A DNA stretch of 64,000 nucleotides from Tetramitus jugosus (taxonomy: Eukaryota; Protista; Heterolobosea): contig OW569383.1 of NCBI GenBank assembly GCA_937625935.1, positions 310,001-374,000 on the forward strand, in the 5' to 3' direction. Position numbers and translations under genes: made by a program. The stretch's first letter is position 1; every line of letters starts with the position of its first letter. Shown here piece after piece: positions 33,901-44,621 of the stretch. The notes beneath the pieces are model-generated. The model saw nothing but the letters and a program-made list of their open reading frames with translations. It ran no database searches and was not told where the DNA came from.

Positions 33901-34025
33901 AAAGTTTATGTTGCTTGTCGAGTCCATGTTCCGATTATCAGGTATTGGTTAGTGTCGGGTAGGGTACATTTTTGTAACTTGAATGCAAATATTTCTATTT
34001 TCTATTTTTTACAATCAAGAAAACC

Positions 34026-34385
34026 GTTATCTACGATTTTAAGGTCTTCAAAGGCCAAGATCTTTTCAGGTCACTTCTGAAGTAGATTTTGTGGAATTCA
34101 GGAAAATGAAGGAATCATCCCCCGATCCCCTGTTTGTGTTGGCACAGAAAAGAACATTTACACATTATCGTGCTCATCAAGACTTACAAACTACGGATTT
34201 CAAGATGCCATTGGTGAAGAGGGCAAAATTTTACAAGGAGCAGACTGTCAAAGACTTTATGAAGCAAACTAATCACAAGTTTGAAAAGATCCAAGAAAAA
34301 CTGCAAGAGCAAAAGACTATCAATCAGAAGATCCAAGAGAAACTGCAAGAGCAAAAGAGAATCAATCAAACGACTCTAGAGAAAC
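34026..34385 (+). repeat. Copy B of the duplicated coiled-coil ORF (5'-deleted)
   Basis: Shares GTTATCTACGATTTTAAG with ~32634 and the block TTTCAG.TCACTTCTGAAG…AATCAAACGACTC with 32816-33210; lacks the segment carrying copy A's ATG. Confidence 0.85.
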
Positions 34386-34728
34386 TTCAAGAGAAAGAAA
34401 ATAAGATCTGCTTCCTAGAGGATTGTTTCGCCATTCACAACAAACGTTTCATTTTCGAGAAAAAGTTTGCTCATGACACCTGTGAAACGGAACGAAAAGT
34501 GCTAGATCTAGTGATCGAAGTCATGGCTGAACATGAGGTTCACTCTATTGCATCGGACTCCCAATCAATGAGGTCGTTTTTTTTGTGGTATAACGCAACA
34601 CAAAATTTTGGAAATTTGTTCCGCATACAAAATTATTTGCGAAAAAAAAGTGAAAACACAAATGCCGTTTCATTTTGCACAAACGATAATAAATTTTTAT
34701 TCAAATTCATCCACTCTTTCACAATCAA

Positions 34729-35378
34729 CTACCGTGAACTCTGTAACAACATTGAAGTCCTTTTGCCTTCCCAAACTAATTTCGTTATCACTTTCAACAT
34801 AACATCCTCGGATAATTGTGTCATGTCATTAATCATTGTCGTTGTGTTGTAACATAAAACATTCTCATCTTCGAAAAACATAACAAATGCCTCATCAATT
34901 GTTGATTCTTTTTCACAGTAGATTCTAATTTGATCATGAGGCCATGGAATGATCTCTCCCTCACCCTCCACACCAAGTGCATCCTTCAGGGTATTTAGTT
35001 CTTTGACTGGCTTTGGTAGCTTTGCTTACCACGTCCATATATTGATTTGAACCACACGGAGTCAATTTCAGGTGGAAATGAGATTTCCTGTATCTTTTTG
35101 TTTTCAACAGAAGCTCCGAACCAATTCAGTATGCCAATGGCCACAGCCTTGTTATTGATCATCAAGACGACTTCATCACCGGATTCAGCGTCATCAGTAC
35201 CTGCACACATAGTCTTTCTCCAAGAGGAAAAGGCCGAAGATATCTTCTTTTTATAGTCCGATGCATCTCTTTCAGGGAAGTTCTTTCTGGCCATCTCTTC
35301 ACCAATCCTGAACGTATGACATTTGACCACGGTTCTTATCTGCATTTGTGTCGTTGGGCCCTCGTTTCTTCTTCTCAT
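34729..35378 (-). pseudogene. Fragmented ORF downstream of the transposase (possible second element ORF)
   Basis: Successive protein-like minus-strand frames (34995-35378, 34729-34971) separated by stops/frameshifts; no recognisable domain. Confidence 0.3.
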
Positions 35379-35419
35379 CTTGTGTTGATTGAGAGCTAGA
35401 GGCTCGTTTGGCTGGGCTT

Positions 35420-36430
35420 TTATTGACTGTCTTGTTCTTCTCTTGTTTTTGTTTTTTCGTTTTCAAGTCGATGTGAAAACTTGTGTTGTAGGTGTTCGTC
35501 AAAACTCGCAACAGATTCGGGTGTGCGAATCGGATGTTTTTGTAAGAACTTGTTCGTCAAACATGCGCAAACCATGGCAACGAGGGGCAAGAGCGCAATA
35601 TTATGACGAAAACGGGATGATAAAATTTCGTAGCGCTTGACAAATCCGATCGTGCACTCGACAATTACGCCCTCCACCTTCTGAAAATGAGAAAGTATCT
35701 CATCTTCTTTCAGATTGTCCGGAGTGACCAGGTGTAATCCAAGATCTTTAGTTCTAAATCCACCGTCGGCACAAAGCTTTTTTCCTCTTGGCAACATGGA
35801 GACCACATTAGATAGTGATAGGATCAATTGATCATTCGAAGCCCCCCGATAACCTACAGACATATGAATAATATTTCCGCAACGATCCACAGTTACTTGA
35901 CCAATAATAGCATGGCCCTTGCAGGATTGACGAAGTATCATCAGACAGGCGAGTAGACGATTAGCAGGAGATAATCTGTTTGTATATGGAGTTCTTCTAT
36001 TCGACGAAAGTGATTGCGAGAAAAAGTGAATGTCTCGTGGAGCCATTATTTTATCCTTGGTTCTCTCCAGGAGCTCTAAAAAATCTTGATGAGACATACC
36101 GGTGTGTGATGAAAATAATTCATCATTTCTCCGTAGTTTGCTATAGAAGTCCTTTCTAACAACTTGCCTCTTTCGTCTCCGAATTTATGAATTTCCTCGT
36201 CCAATTCCAGGTAGTACGGCCTTATGAAAAGGTCTTTTCACTTTATTTGTAGGAGGTGGTAATTGTGGTAGTAACGGTGGTGGTGTCATCAATAAAATTT
36301 TGAGTAAGAACTTTGTTTCGTTTGAATGTTTTTTCTTTTCTATCAGTCGTCGTAGGGTTCTGATGTCATGATAGAGTAAATGAAGTTGTGTTGATATGAG
36401 TGAGTCTATACGTGATTTGAGGATATTCAT
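35420..36430 (-). pseudogene. IS5/PIF-Harbinger/ISL2EU-type DDE transposase pseudogene (HTH_Tnp_4 + DDE_Tnp_4)
   Basis: DELFSSHTGMS..DF.EL, LSPANRLL..L..LRQ (HTH), K.H…Q..VD..G.I….G..GASND, ADGGF (second D), VIVECTIG..K.Y.IL..RFRH (E). ORFs 36185-36430 and 35420-36097 are one frame split by TAA at 36187-36185; the first catalytic D region is deleted. Confidence 0.88.
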
Positions 36431-36719
36431 GGCTCTCGATTTTTTAGTGAAAAATGGGTATGATCAATCATCCTTTATTGATTTGAACAGATACTGGCGC
36501 CTTGAGCAGTATCACAAATTCTGCAATTATATGAACCAATTGGTTCTTGGAAGATCAATCGGAAATCCTGGCACATTTTTTTTCACTAAGGTTTCAGCTT
36601 CTGTTTATGTGAAATATTACAAAGCAAGATTTGTTGGTGACGATGGAGAGTTCATTGATAATGTGGTCAGAGATGTGGCTGTAATGATAAGAGCTAATAG
36701 TAATTTGAATTTAAAATTG

Positions 36720-37140
36720 TTTATTGTTGTCAATGTTGTTGTTGTCGCTCTGGTGATGAGGGTACTTCTTCTTGCTGATGTTGATGCTGTTGTTGTTGGT
36801 TGTTATTGTCATCGTCATGAGAAGAGGAAGCGGGTGAGTCTTCCCTGGGATCATCAGCGATGATCATCACAGTATCGTCTGATGGATACATCGCTCTATG
36901 GTTGTTGTTGCCAGAACTGTTGATAAAATTGTAATTACCACGGTTGTTGTTGTTGTTCGTTTGTCTTGTTGGTATTGAATGGCACTCTGATTCAGTGGTG
37001 AAGCATGTTGATGTGATGGCTGCAATAACACATTTAACAACAGTTGTTGTTGTTGCTCCAATGCTACCTGTAGTGCTGGTGATGTTGGTGGTGATGGTTT
37101 CTGTTTGTTGCTCAGCTGTTGTTGTTGTTGTTGTTAACTA
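36720..37140 (-). pseudogene. Host-like Q/N-rich low-complexity coding fragment
   Basis: Reads QQQQL…EQQQQLLLNV…, then after a frameshift NNNNNRGNYNF…DDDNNNQQQQHQHQQEEVPSSPERQQQH*; composition resembles host genes in the window. Confidence 0.4.
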
Positions 37141-37260
37141 GTCAATTGTATGGTTACATGTAATGCAACGATTGTTTATATTGTTGTAGTTGGGTGACAA
37201 TGGCATGGATAAGCTAAACGGTTCAAAATATCAGAGTTCATCGCTTGATTGTAATTTGTT

Positions 37261-38106
37261 GGAGCTTTGAATGTGATGAAGGTGATTTATAGTGAATGAG
37301 TGGTTGTTGAAGTCGATTTGACACAGCACGCCAGCGGAAAAAAATATGAGACATTACGGTGGTTTTTAATCTCCTTGACGAAAAAAGAAAGTGAGTGATG
37401 GTTGTTAGGACTGTGTGGGGTGACACGAGGACGATATCTGCCTCGATTGATATTTGATCAATTTTTTGGCCACTTGACCAACTACAGACCTCGTAGGAAG
37501 GTGTATGGAAGTGACAGATCTCGACAGAAGGTTGTCACAACACTGGCACAGTTCAAGAAGACGTTCAAGTGCAAGCTACCCGAGAGATTGTTCAAATCTC
37601 CATATAGATTGAGCAAATTGAAGATACCACTCATTCTTTTCTATGCTGCCAAGGGTATTTCTGGTTGTGGAGCCATTATGCAATTTCGTGTCACGAATGA
37701 AAATGGTCAACTTGTCCGTGACATGAGATCAAAGAAGAAGGGTGAGAGTAAGACAATGAAACTCACTCGTAAGGCATATCTTGCTCAACGATATACTGAT
37801 GTCAGAACTTCCGGATCTATTATCCCATCTGCTACGCCTCCAAGTACGATATCTTCTGCAAATAACGGTATCAATCGGACAATTCAAAGAACTCCTACAG
37901 TAGTCGATGTAGAGTCTCAGAACGGTCTTCAAGTTACAACACCAATCAAAAAGAACAAGAGAAAGGAGGTGACGACTCCATCTGGTACACCACCAAGTGA
38001 AAATAGAAAGAGAAAGAAGCAGAGAAGATACTCACCTGAAGCCACTGTTCTAACACCAAGAGTTAGACGCATTCCATCTTACTTGCTGGACTACGATCTG
38101 TATTGA
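37261..38106 (+). pseudogene. Basic (K/R-rich, NLS-like) ORF with upstream in-frame TGA stops
   Basis: ORF 37402-38106 has a non-ATG start and extends upstream through TGA at 37396 and 37297; C-terminus NRKRKKQRR. Confidence 0.45.
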
Positions 38107-38224
38107 TTCTTTTTGTTATGAATATTGTTGATTGTTGTGATCATGTTTGACTGATGTCGGGATTTTAATGTAATTGAAGTTCAATCATGGTTCCCACCAA
38201 AAAATTATTAAAAAACACGAAAAA

Positions 38225-38629
38225 ATGTTGACAAGTGCTGTTCTCTCTGCTTTTAATGTTTGTGCTCTTGGAGATGATGCCTATGACGCATTTGGATTAT
38301 ACAAGTTCTATCAGAGTAGTGGTAAAGCCCAAAACATGAGAGAAAAATTACTCAATTTGAGAAAACAGCAAGAATGGATGACAATAGAAATTCCTAATGG
38401 ATATGAACTACATCCCTTAAGTAGTACGAGGACATCCCAAGTGCGGTTTTGTGTGACTAGTGTCGGATTGATTAATCTGATGGTGGACGTTCTTCGGTAT
38501 ACATACACGAAAAAAGATCCTGCATATCAAGTACTTTCAAATGCTATGAAAACCTGGCTACATTCACCCAGAACTATAGTGAGATCGTCGATGCAGTATA
38601 CAGTGACGGTATGGAATTGCACTCGGTGA
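38225..38629 (+). pseudogene. Truncated ORF of unknown function inside the element island
   Basis: Protein-like 134-codon frame followed by stop-rich sequence. Confidence 0.35.
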
Positions 38630-39754
38630 ATTGTACAAATGATTTGGATTCCTTGATGAAATCAGATATAAATGGTACTAATATTTCTGTCTCATGAAGA
38701 TAGAAAAGCTAACTAGCATTTATAGATAAATGAGATATCAATGGATCAATGATTATCGATCATTAAGTGTATTCTTAGTATATTTGTTCCCACTTGAAGC
38801 AAATTGGGAATAACTAGCGCACCGTTGGTGAATAGCGATCAATTTCATGTGAGAATCACCTTTCATTTTGAGTGACGTAAGGAATCACAATCGAAGAATT
38901 CTTGGGACAATAAATCACGCAAACGATAATGCTCGTTATTGATGATAGTTGAGAAGATCACTAGAAATCAAAAGTGATAATCAGCATTCTTGCATCTCCA
39001 TGCAACTCAATCACCAAGATTTCGACTGTACAACTCATATAGTGTATGCGTTGTTTTGAAGTCAACAAATAGATTGTAGAAAGTAACAACACTCCTTGAG
39101 TGCATACTCATTGTACCAAGCTTATGGATTTCAACAAGTATGTTTTGAGTTGAAGTATTCATTGCATTCCGTGATCATATGTATATGAGTTTGAATTATA
39201 CAACTGATATCTATGTGATAGATAGGTTCTGAATTTTGGTATGTAATTCATCAAATTAGAAACATTTGCAGTTGAAGTATGATATGCAATACAAACAACA
39301 GATGGCTCTGTGTCCATCGGCGGTCCTACTACAAGGTTACGCTCTTTGATGAAGGACATCAATCAAAACACTCACCAGAGTGATTCTTCCAACCTGTAGG
39401 TGCACCCTCGGGGACAACAAGAGAAGAAGAGTGAATGACGCCCTACGGGTCGTCACTCACAAAACAAGTCAAGAAATGAGCAATCGTGTGCTTGCGCACA
39501 CTAGGTTGTATGGAAAAAATGATGCAATACAGACATTTTCAATGTATCTACATCTATATTTAATTACATTCCTTTATCTGTCATATCACAGCTGAAAAAT
39601 CAGGTCCTGCATCTGCAGCATTCAACGGTTCAACATCATTAATTGAGCCCTCCAAGTCACAAATATACTTTGATGATATATTCTTAATCAATGAGTATCA
39701 CCCTTGGATGAAACCTCAAGGCAGTAAAGTTTTGACATGCGTTACGCTTGCCAA

Positions 39755-39835
39755 AAAATATCGCGACCTCTCGCAGCAACCAGATTTATTTTCTCAGAGT
39801 AGCGACCATTGGTCACCAATGGTTCGCGATATTTT
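39755..39835. repeat. 81-bp element bounded by perfect 12-bp inverted repeats with an internal hairpin
   Basis: AAAATATCGCGA (39755-39766) and TCGCGATATTTT (39824-39835); inner ACCATTGGT-C-ACCAATGGT. Confidence 0.7.
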
Positions 39836-39914
39836 GTGTGTGGTTTGTGCTTGATTTGATATGTGCGCATTTGAGAAAAATAAAACGGTGTGTGTTCAAT
39901 CACAATTGACCTTT

Positions 39915-42059
39915 TTACTTCTTCTCAGAGTTATTGTCTCCAGCCAATTCTTCCAAAGGAGGAATCTTGAAGCCAAGAACTTTTTCAATCTGCTCTTGAG
40001 TGTTCTGGCCATTGAGCAACTCTTCCAATCTCTTCTCTGTAAGGTCTTCAATCTCTTGCTCCTTGTTTTGGTCTAAAGTACCATCCTTCTGAGCCTTTTC
40101 CATCTTTTCCATTTCCTTCATGAGTGCTTCTTGCATAAACTCCTTGAATTCAGGCTTTTGAAGCTCTGCTTCCAAGTTGGCAAATCTCTCCTCTTGTGTT
40201 CTTCCAGCAAGTTCAATCGTACTCTTCAAATTTTCAAACACACGTTGTTGATCCAAGTAGAATGGATGTTCTGGGCCCAACACTCTCTTCAATCTTCTCA
40301 TGACTCTCTTCCTCAAATGCTCCATTGATACATCATTTTGTAGAATAACATACATGGATGCCAATTGTGTAGCAGCAAACTCTCTCTCCAATGAAAAGTG
40401 ATCATCCGATTGTTCATCATCCAAAATAAACAATGCTCTCTCCATGTAGTCCACTGCCTTGTTGGCATCGAGGTAATAAGCGACATAGCGGCACGCAAGA
40501 TTAATGTAATGAGTGGCGATAGGAGATGGGAAGAAAGTTCTGGCTGCCACATCAATAATATCATCACCCAACATTCTTTCAAACTCTGGACTGCTCTTGA
40601 GTGGCAATCGAAGCAAGGATGGCGTCGGACAAGAGTGAATCGAGTCTTCAATTTCATCATACATTTTTGTAGCGAGTGCCATTGCTTCTGGATCGGATTC
40701 TGACATGTTGTCGTACGCTTCGGCAAACACGTAGGCATTTGTGATCCATCCGAGACTGGATCGACTCTCAATTCTCTCACAAATCTTCATGGCTTGAACT
40801 GCAAGTGTCAGTGCATTCTTTGGATCAGTGTTAATCTTTGCTTGTGCCAGTGAGGTCAAACACTTTGCAATCTTGAGTTCCAAGTGTGGTTGTTTGTCCA
40901 ATTCATCCTTTGGTATTTGATTCAATCCGACAATGGCCTTCTTGGCCCATGAAACACACTCTTCTTCATTGATTCTTGCCTTGCTCAACACAAATGCCAT
41001 ATCAGTCATAATCTCACAACTGGAAACACTGTTGACTCCATTGTACTTGTTACTGTACTCGATTGCCTTCTTGTACGTCTCAAATGACTTTGTGTACCTC
41101 ATTTGACGATCAAACAGAGCAGCAAGCTTTGTATAGAGAACAGAAATCAATCGATTGATTTCGTTCAACTCTGCTGACGATGCCACCGCCGATCGTTCAA
41201 ACAAGGTCGATTCAGGATCGACAAACTTTTCCAATTTTTCAATTTTGCCCTGTAGAACTTGTTGCGCCATTTTGAATCTTGATTTTTCAGGGAATGCCAG
41301 CGCCAATTGATGCAATGGTACCTTCGGATCCAATTTTGGAAAAGCACCACCAGCACCAGCACCATTCACACCTGCACTAGTAGTCGCTCCACCACCAGTA
41401 TACAAATAGTATAGTCTATTGAGCTCAGTTTCAGAGAGAGGCACTTCTTCATTGACCAAAAAATCGGACAGGAAGCTCACGTAGTGCACAGCCAGTGTCG
41501 ACTCTATAATTTTTTGACGCATTTCTTCCAATCCACTCTGCAGTGCCAATTGACGTATGCGAACCACTTCAAACAAGCTCTGCAAGCACTCTACATTCTT
41601 CTTGAGATAGAATTGTATGAGAGCTAATTCTTCATACAGTTTAGCTACCTGTAAATGACAATCTCCATACGTTTCTAAACTCTGGGGAATAAACTCCGAC
41701 AGTAGCATTTTCTCCGCTTCGGACAAACGATTGGATTCTAAAAATAGACTGTAGAGTTCCAGAGCCATACCAGGTGTTTTGAGAGAGGAGGATCCCATTT
41801 CGTTCAAGTAGGCTAATCGTTTTTCGAGTGTTTCAATTTTTTGATCGAGAATCAATTGACGTTTTTGTTCATTTTTAAGAGTGGTTGGTTCGGATGATGA
41901 TTCTGAGCGATAAAGAGTATTGGAGCTAAATGAGTGTTTTTGTATCAATCGAGTAGTGAAAAATGGGGAGAGGAGAGTTTGATTGTTGGTGGTGTTGGTG
42001 ATTCGAACGTGACGTGCGAGTCTGCTTGTTGATGATGTTGCAATCTTGTTGAATAGCAT
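39915..42059 (-). CDS. Mitochondrion-targeted TPR-repeat protein (kinesin light chain-type TPRs)
   Basis: Presequence-like N-terminus (MLFNKIATSSTSRLARHVR…); TPR motifs YG..H..VA..YE.LA, Y.KLA.L….RY..S…Y.KA, LGPEHP. Confidence 0.8.
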   Translation of the reverse strand: MLFNKIATSSTSRLARHVRITNTTNNQTLLSPFFTTRLIQKHSFSSNTLYRSESSSEPTTLKNEQKRQLILDQKIETLEKRLAYLNEMGSSSLKTPGMALELYSLFLESNRLSEAEKMLLSEFIPQSLETYGDCHLQVAKLYEELALIQFYLKKNVECLQSLFEVVRIRQLALQSGLEEMRQKIIESTLAVHYVSFLSDFLVNEEVPLSETELNRLYYLYTGGGATTSAGVNGAGAGGAFPKLDPKVPLHQLALAFPEKSRFKMAQQVLQGKIEKLEKFVDPESTLFERSAVASSAELNEINRLISVLYTKLAALFDRQMRYTKSFETYKKAIEYSNKYNGVNSVSSCEIMTDMAFVLSKARINEEECVSWAKKAIVGLNQIPKDELDKQPHLELKIAKCLTSLAQAKINTDPKNALTLAVQAMKICERIESRSSLGWITNAYVFAEAYDNMSESDPEAMALATKMYDEIEDSIHSCPTPSLLRLPLKSSPEFERMLGDDIIDVAARTFFPSPIATHYINLACRYVAYYLDANKAVDYMERALFILDDEQSDDHFSLEREFAATQLASMYVILQNDVSMEHLRKRVMRRLKRVLGPEHPFYLDQQRVFENLKSTIELAGRTQEERFANLEAELQKPEFKEFMQEALMKEMEKMEKAQKDGTLDQNKEQEIEDLTEKRLEELLNGQNTQEQIEKVLGFKIPPLEELAGDNNSEKK

Positions 42060-42316
42060 TTGATGTTTTTTGATATTTGAATGTTTTTTTGTTGAATGTT
42101 GCTGTTTATGTTTTTTTTGCGTTTTTGCGCGAAGAGTTTTTCCGAGTGTGAAAAAACGGTGAAATACTTTTGGATTTAGTCCGGCTTACAGTAACTACGA
42201 CGCTCGGAAGAGTGTGTTTGCCTCGATAAGGCAAGGAAAAGTTTGAAATTTTTTCAACTGAACTGTGTGGGAGCATTGAACTACAAAAACCATATCGGTT
42301 GAAAGGATAGGAGAGC

Positions 42317-44539
42317 ATGGGTATCGTAACTTCAAGGAACAAGATAACTGACGATTCAGACTTTCGTTTCTTGGTTCAAAAGGAGAAGGATGAATACTTG
42401 TTGATGAATAAGTCATCCAAGAGTACAAAAGACATTGCTACTGTCGAAATGAAGGAGGCAATAAATTCACTGGGTAGTATACATCAAGTGTATCAAGACA
42501 CGGTGGGTGGCAAGGTGTTGGACTTTGTTTTAATCGTTGTTCCTAAAAATGGAGGAGAAAATGTGTTAATTGTTTTAACAGATGGTTCTTCAAGGTTTTA
42601 TTATGCCAATCGAACAACACCTCTGGTCTATAGAGATTTCAAGAAGGTTACCAATTTCTTTAAGTCAAGAGAAACCGACAGAGATCCAACGGAAGAGAGA
42701 TCAGTTGAGGGTTCTGTGAGAGATTCCATAACTTCCATGAGAGGAGACTTGGAAGAAGATCCTTGGAGAACATTTGTACGAGCTATTCAGAGCTCCTTTT
42801 TCAAATCAAACTTCTCTGTCATCTTTACTCCCCACATTATAGAAAAGGAGGCGTTCGAAGCGACACTAAAATTGAATATCGAGAATCCCAATGATAACCA
42901 AAACAATCCTAATATATTGGTGCTCAATATTCCGTTTGTTCGCATGAGAAACGGTCCTTCTATACGATACGCTTTGCGGGACATTTTGATGACAGTATCA
43001 AAGTATCATGCTCATGTACAAGGCGATGGAATCTTCTCTCAGAACGAGTATGACCTTGAGAGTGGTTGTTCCCAGAGCAATCTTATCACGCCGAAAGAGA
43101 AGCCAGTACTTCGAGACTCTCCATCTGTTGCTGACTTGCAAGAGATGATAGAAAAGAAAGATGAAGAGATTGAGAAATTATCAGGTCAGGTTCAAAAGTA
43201 CAAAGAGAAAAGTAAGAAACGGAAAACTATGATCAATAGAGAAAAGACTGGAGAGGACATGTTCGATGTACCTGTTCAGAGGGTGCTGGACATTCTACAG
43301 AAATGGAATTCTTCCACGAAGAGCCAAGAAGAGGCGAAGAAATTGAAGTACATTATGAAAGTGATAGCAGATGAGAGCCTGTATGATGTTAATGTTGTCG
43401 AGATGGTGAACAAGGAGCGAGACACAGAAATTAAGAGTTGGATAGAATCCGAGCTTCTCCAGAATCATAAGAAGGGAAGATGGAGTGCGATTAAAGCGTA
43501 CTCCAAGGCTATTTACTTCACCAAGATATTGAAGAGTGAGCATGGAGACCACGTGTATCAGCAACCCGAGTTGGACATTCCTCAAAATATTATGAATGCA
43601 TTGGAAGGAGTGAACGAGTATGACTTTGACGTGTTCAAGTTAGAACAAATTTCTAACGGAAGACCATTGTATTACATGGCACTTCGATTGTTCGAGATGC
43701 ATGACTTATTTAGCAAGTTTAAGATTCCAGTCAACAAATTCAGAGAGTTCCTAGATCGAACAGAAAAGGGTTACCTAAGCAACCCATATCACAATAAGAT
43801 TCACGCTGCCGATGTTTTGCAAACACTAAACTATCTGGTGACGAATCTGGCTCAAGAAGGAATATTCGATTCACTAGATGTTCTTTCCTTCTTGATAACA
43901 GCGATCATGCACGATTTTAATCATCCCGGAATGAACAACGGCTTTGAAATTAAGACAATGTCAGATCGTGCACTGCTGTACAATGACCAGTCAGTGCTTG
44001 AAAACTATCACTGTACGAATTTCTTTCGACTAATACGGGAGGACAAGTGCAACTTTTTAGAAACATTAGGAGAGAATGAGCTAAAGACGATTCGAGATTC
44101 CCTCATCCACATGGTCCTCGGAACAGATATGGGGCACCATTTCATTATTCTAGGCCAAGTAAGAGCAACAATCCTGAACAACTTTGACGCCAACAAACGA
44201 GACGACAAATTGACTCTTATGCGGCTGCTGATCAAATGCGCAGATGTCAGCAATCCTACAAAGGCCCTACCAGTGTACAATCAATGGGCTCTGCGTGTCA
44301 CTGACGAGTTCTTCCAACAAGGTGACAAAGAAAAGGAATTGGGTTTGCCAGTCTCTCCATTCATGGACCGAACGAAGCCTAATCTTAGTAAGAGTCAAGT
44401 TGGTTTCATTGATTATATTTGTAATCCTTTGTTTGAATGTCTCGTTTCATTTAACAACAACTATTCGTTCATCCTGGACAAGATTGCAGAGAATCGTGCT
44501 CACTTCCAAAAACTAATGACCGAAGAAGGCACTGGTTAA
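42317..44539 (+). CDS. Class I 3',5'-cyclic nucleotide phosphodiesterase with PDE1-like regulatory segment and an unassigned N-terminal domain
   Basis: NPYHNKIHAADV, HDFNHPGMNN, LYNDQSVLENYH, LGTDM, IKCADVSNP, EFFQQGDKE, SQVGFIDY. Confidence 0.97.
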   Translation: MGIVTSRNKITDDSDFRFLVQKEKDEYLLMNKSSKSTKDIATVEMKEAINSLGSIHQVYQDTVGGKVLDFVLIVVPKNGGENVLIVLTDGSSRFYYANRTTPLVYRDFKKVTNFFKSRETDRDPTEERSVEGSVRDSITSMRGDLEEDPWRTFVRAIQSSFFKSNFSVIFTPHIIEKEAFEATLKLNIENPNDNQNNPNILVLNIPFVRMRNGPSIRYALRDILMTVSKYHAHVQGDGIFSQNEYDLESGCSQSNLITPKEKPVLRDSPSVADLQEMIEKKDEEIEKLSGQVQKYKEKSKKRKTMINREKTGEDMFDVPVQRVLDILQKWNSSTKSQEEAKKLKYIMKVIADESLYDVNVVEMVNKERDTEIKSWIESELLQNHKKGRWSAIKAYSKAIYFTKILKSEHGDHVYQQPELDIPQNIMNALEGVNEYDFDVFKLEQISNGRPLYYMALRLFEMHDLFSKFKIPVNKFREFLDRTEKGYLSNPYHNKIHAADVLQTLNYLVTNLAQEGIFDSLDVLSFLITAIMHDFNHPGMNNGFEIKTMSDRALLYNDQSVLENYHCTNFFRLIREDKCNFLETLGENELKTIRDSLIHMVLGTDMGHHFIILGQVRATILNNFDANKRDDKLTLMRLLIKCADVSNPTKALPVYNQWALRVTDEFFQQGDKEKELGLPVSPFMDRTKPNLSKSQVGFIDYICNPLFECLVSFNNNYSFILDKIAENRAHFQKLMTEEGTG

Positions 44540-44621
44540 TTATGTTTCATTGCACCATCCACTCACTCCACTCACCAATAATAATACACATAAATATTTT
44601 GCCAAAGCCATCTGGGTTTGT

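Larger units (their letters stand above)
32400..39850. mobile_element. Decayed transposon island / mosaic of element and gene fragments
   Basis: 7.4 kb without an intact housekeeping gene; contains a DDE transposase pseudogene, a TIR element, a duplicated ORF and several stop/frameshift-broken ORFs in alternating orientation. Confidence 0.75.

Noticed and set aside
36428-36431. Divergent ORFs sharing one CATG (transposase ATG on minus, unknown ORF on plus)
   Set aside because: Neither start is verified and a 4-bp overlap is readily explained by chance or a junction.
33755-37398. Stop-codon reassignment or selenocysteine readthrough to explain in-frame stops
   Set aside because: All three stop types occur together with frameshifts and deletions, and all three terminate normal genes in the window; decay is the simpler explanation.
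39421-39506. Helitron 3' end (GC hairpins TGACGCCC/GGGTCGTCA and GTGTGC/GCACAC followed by CTAG)
   Set aside because: CTAG overlaps the hairpin base instead of lying ~10 nt downstream, is not followed by T, and no Rep/helicase sequence is present.
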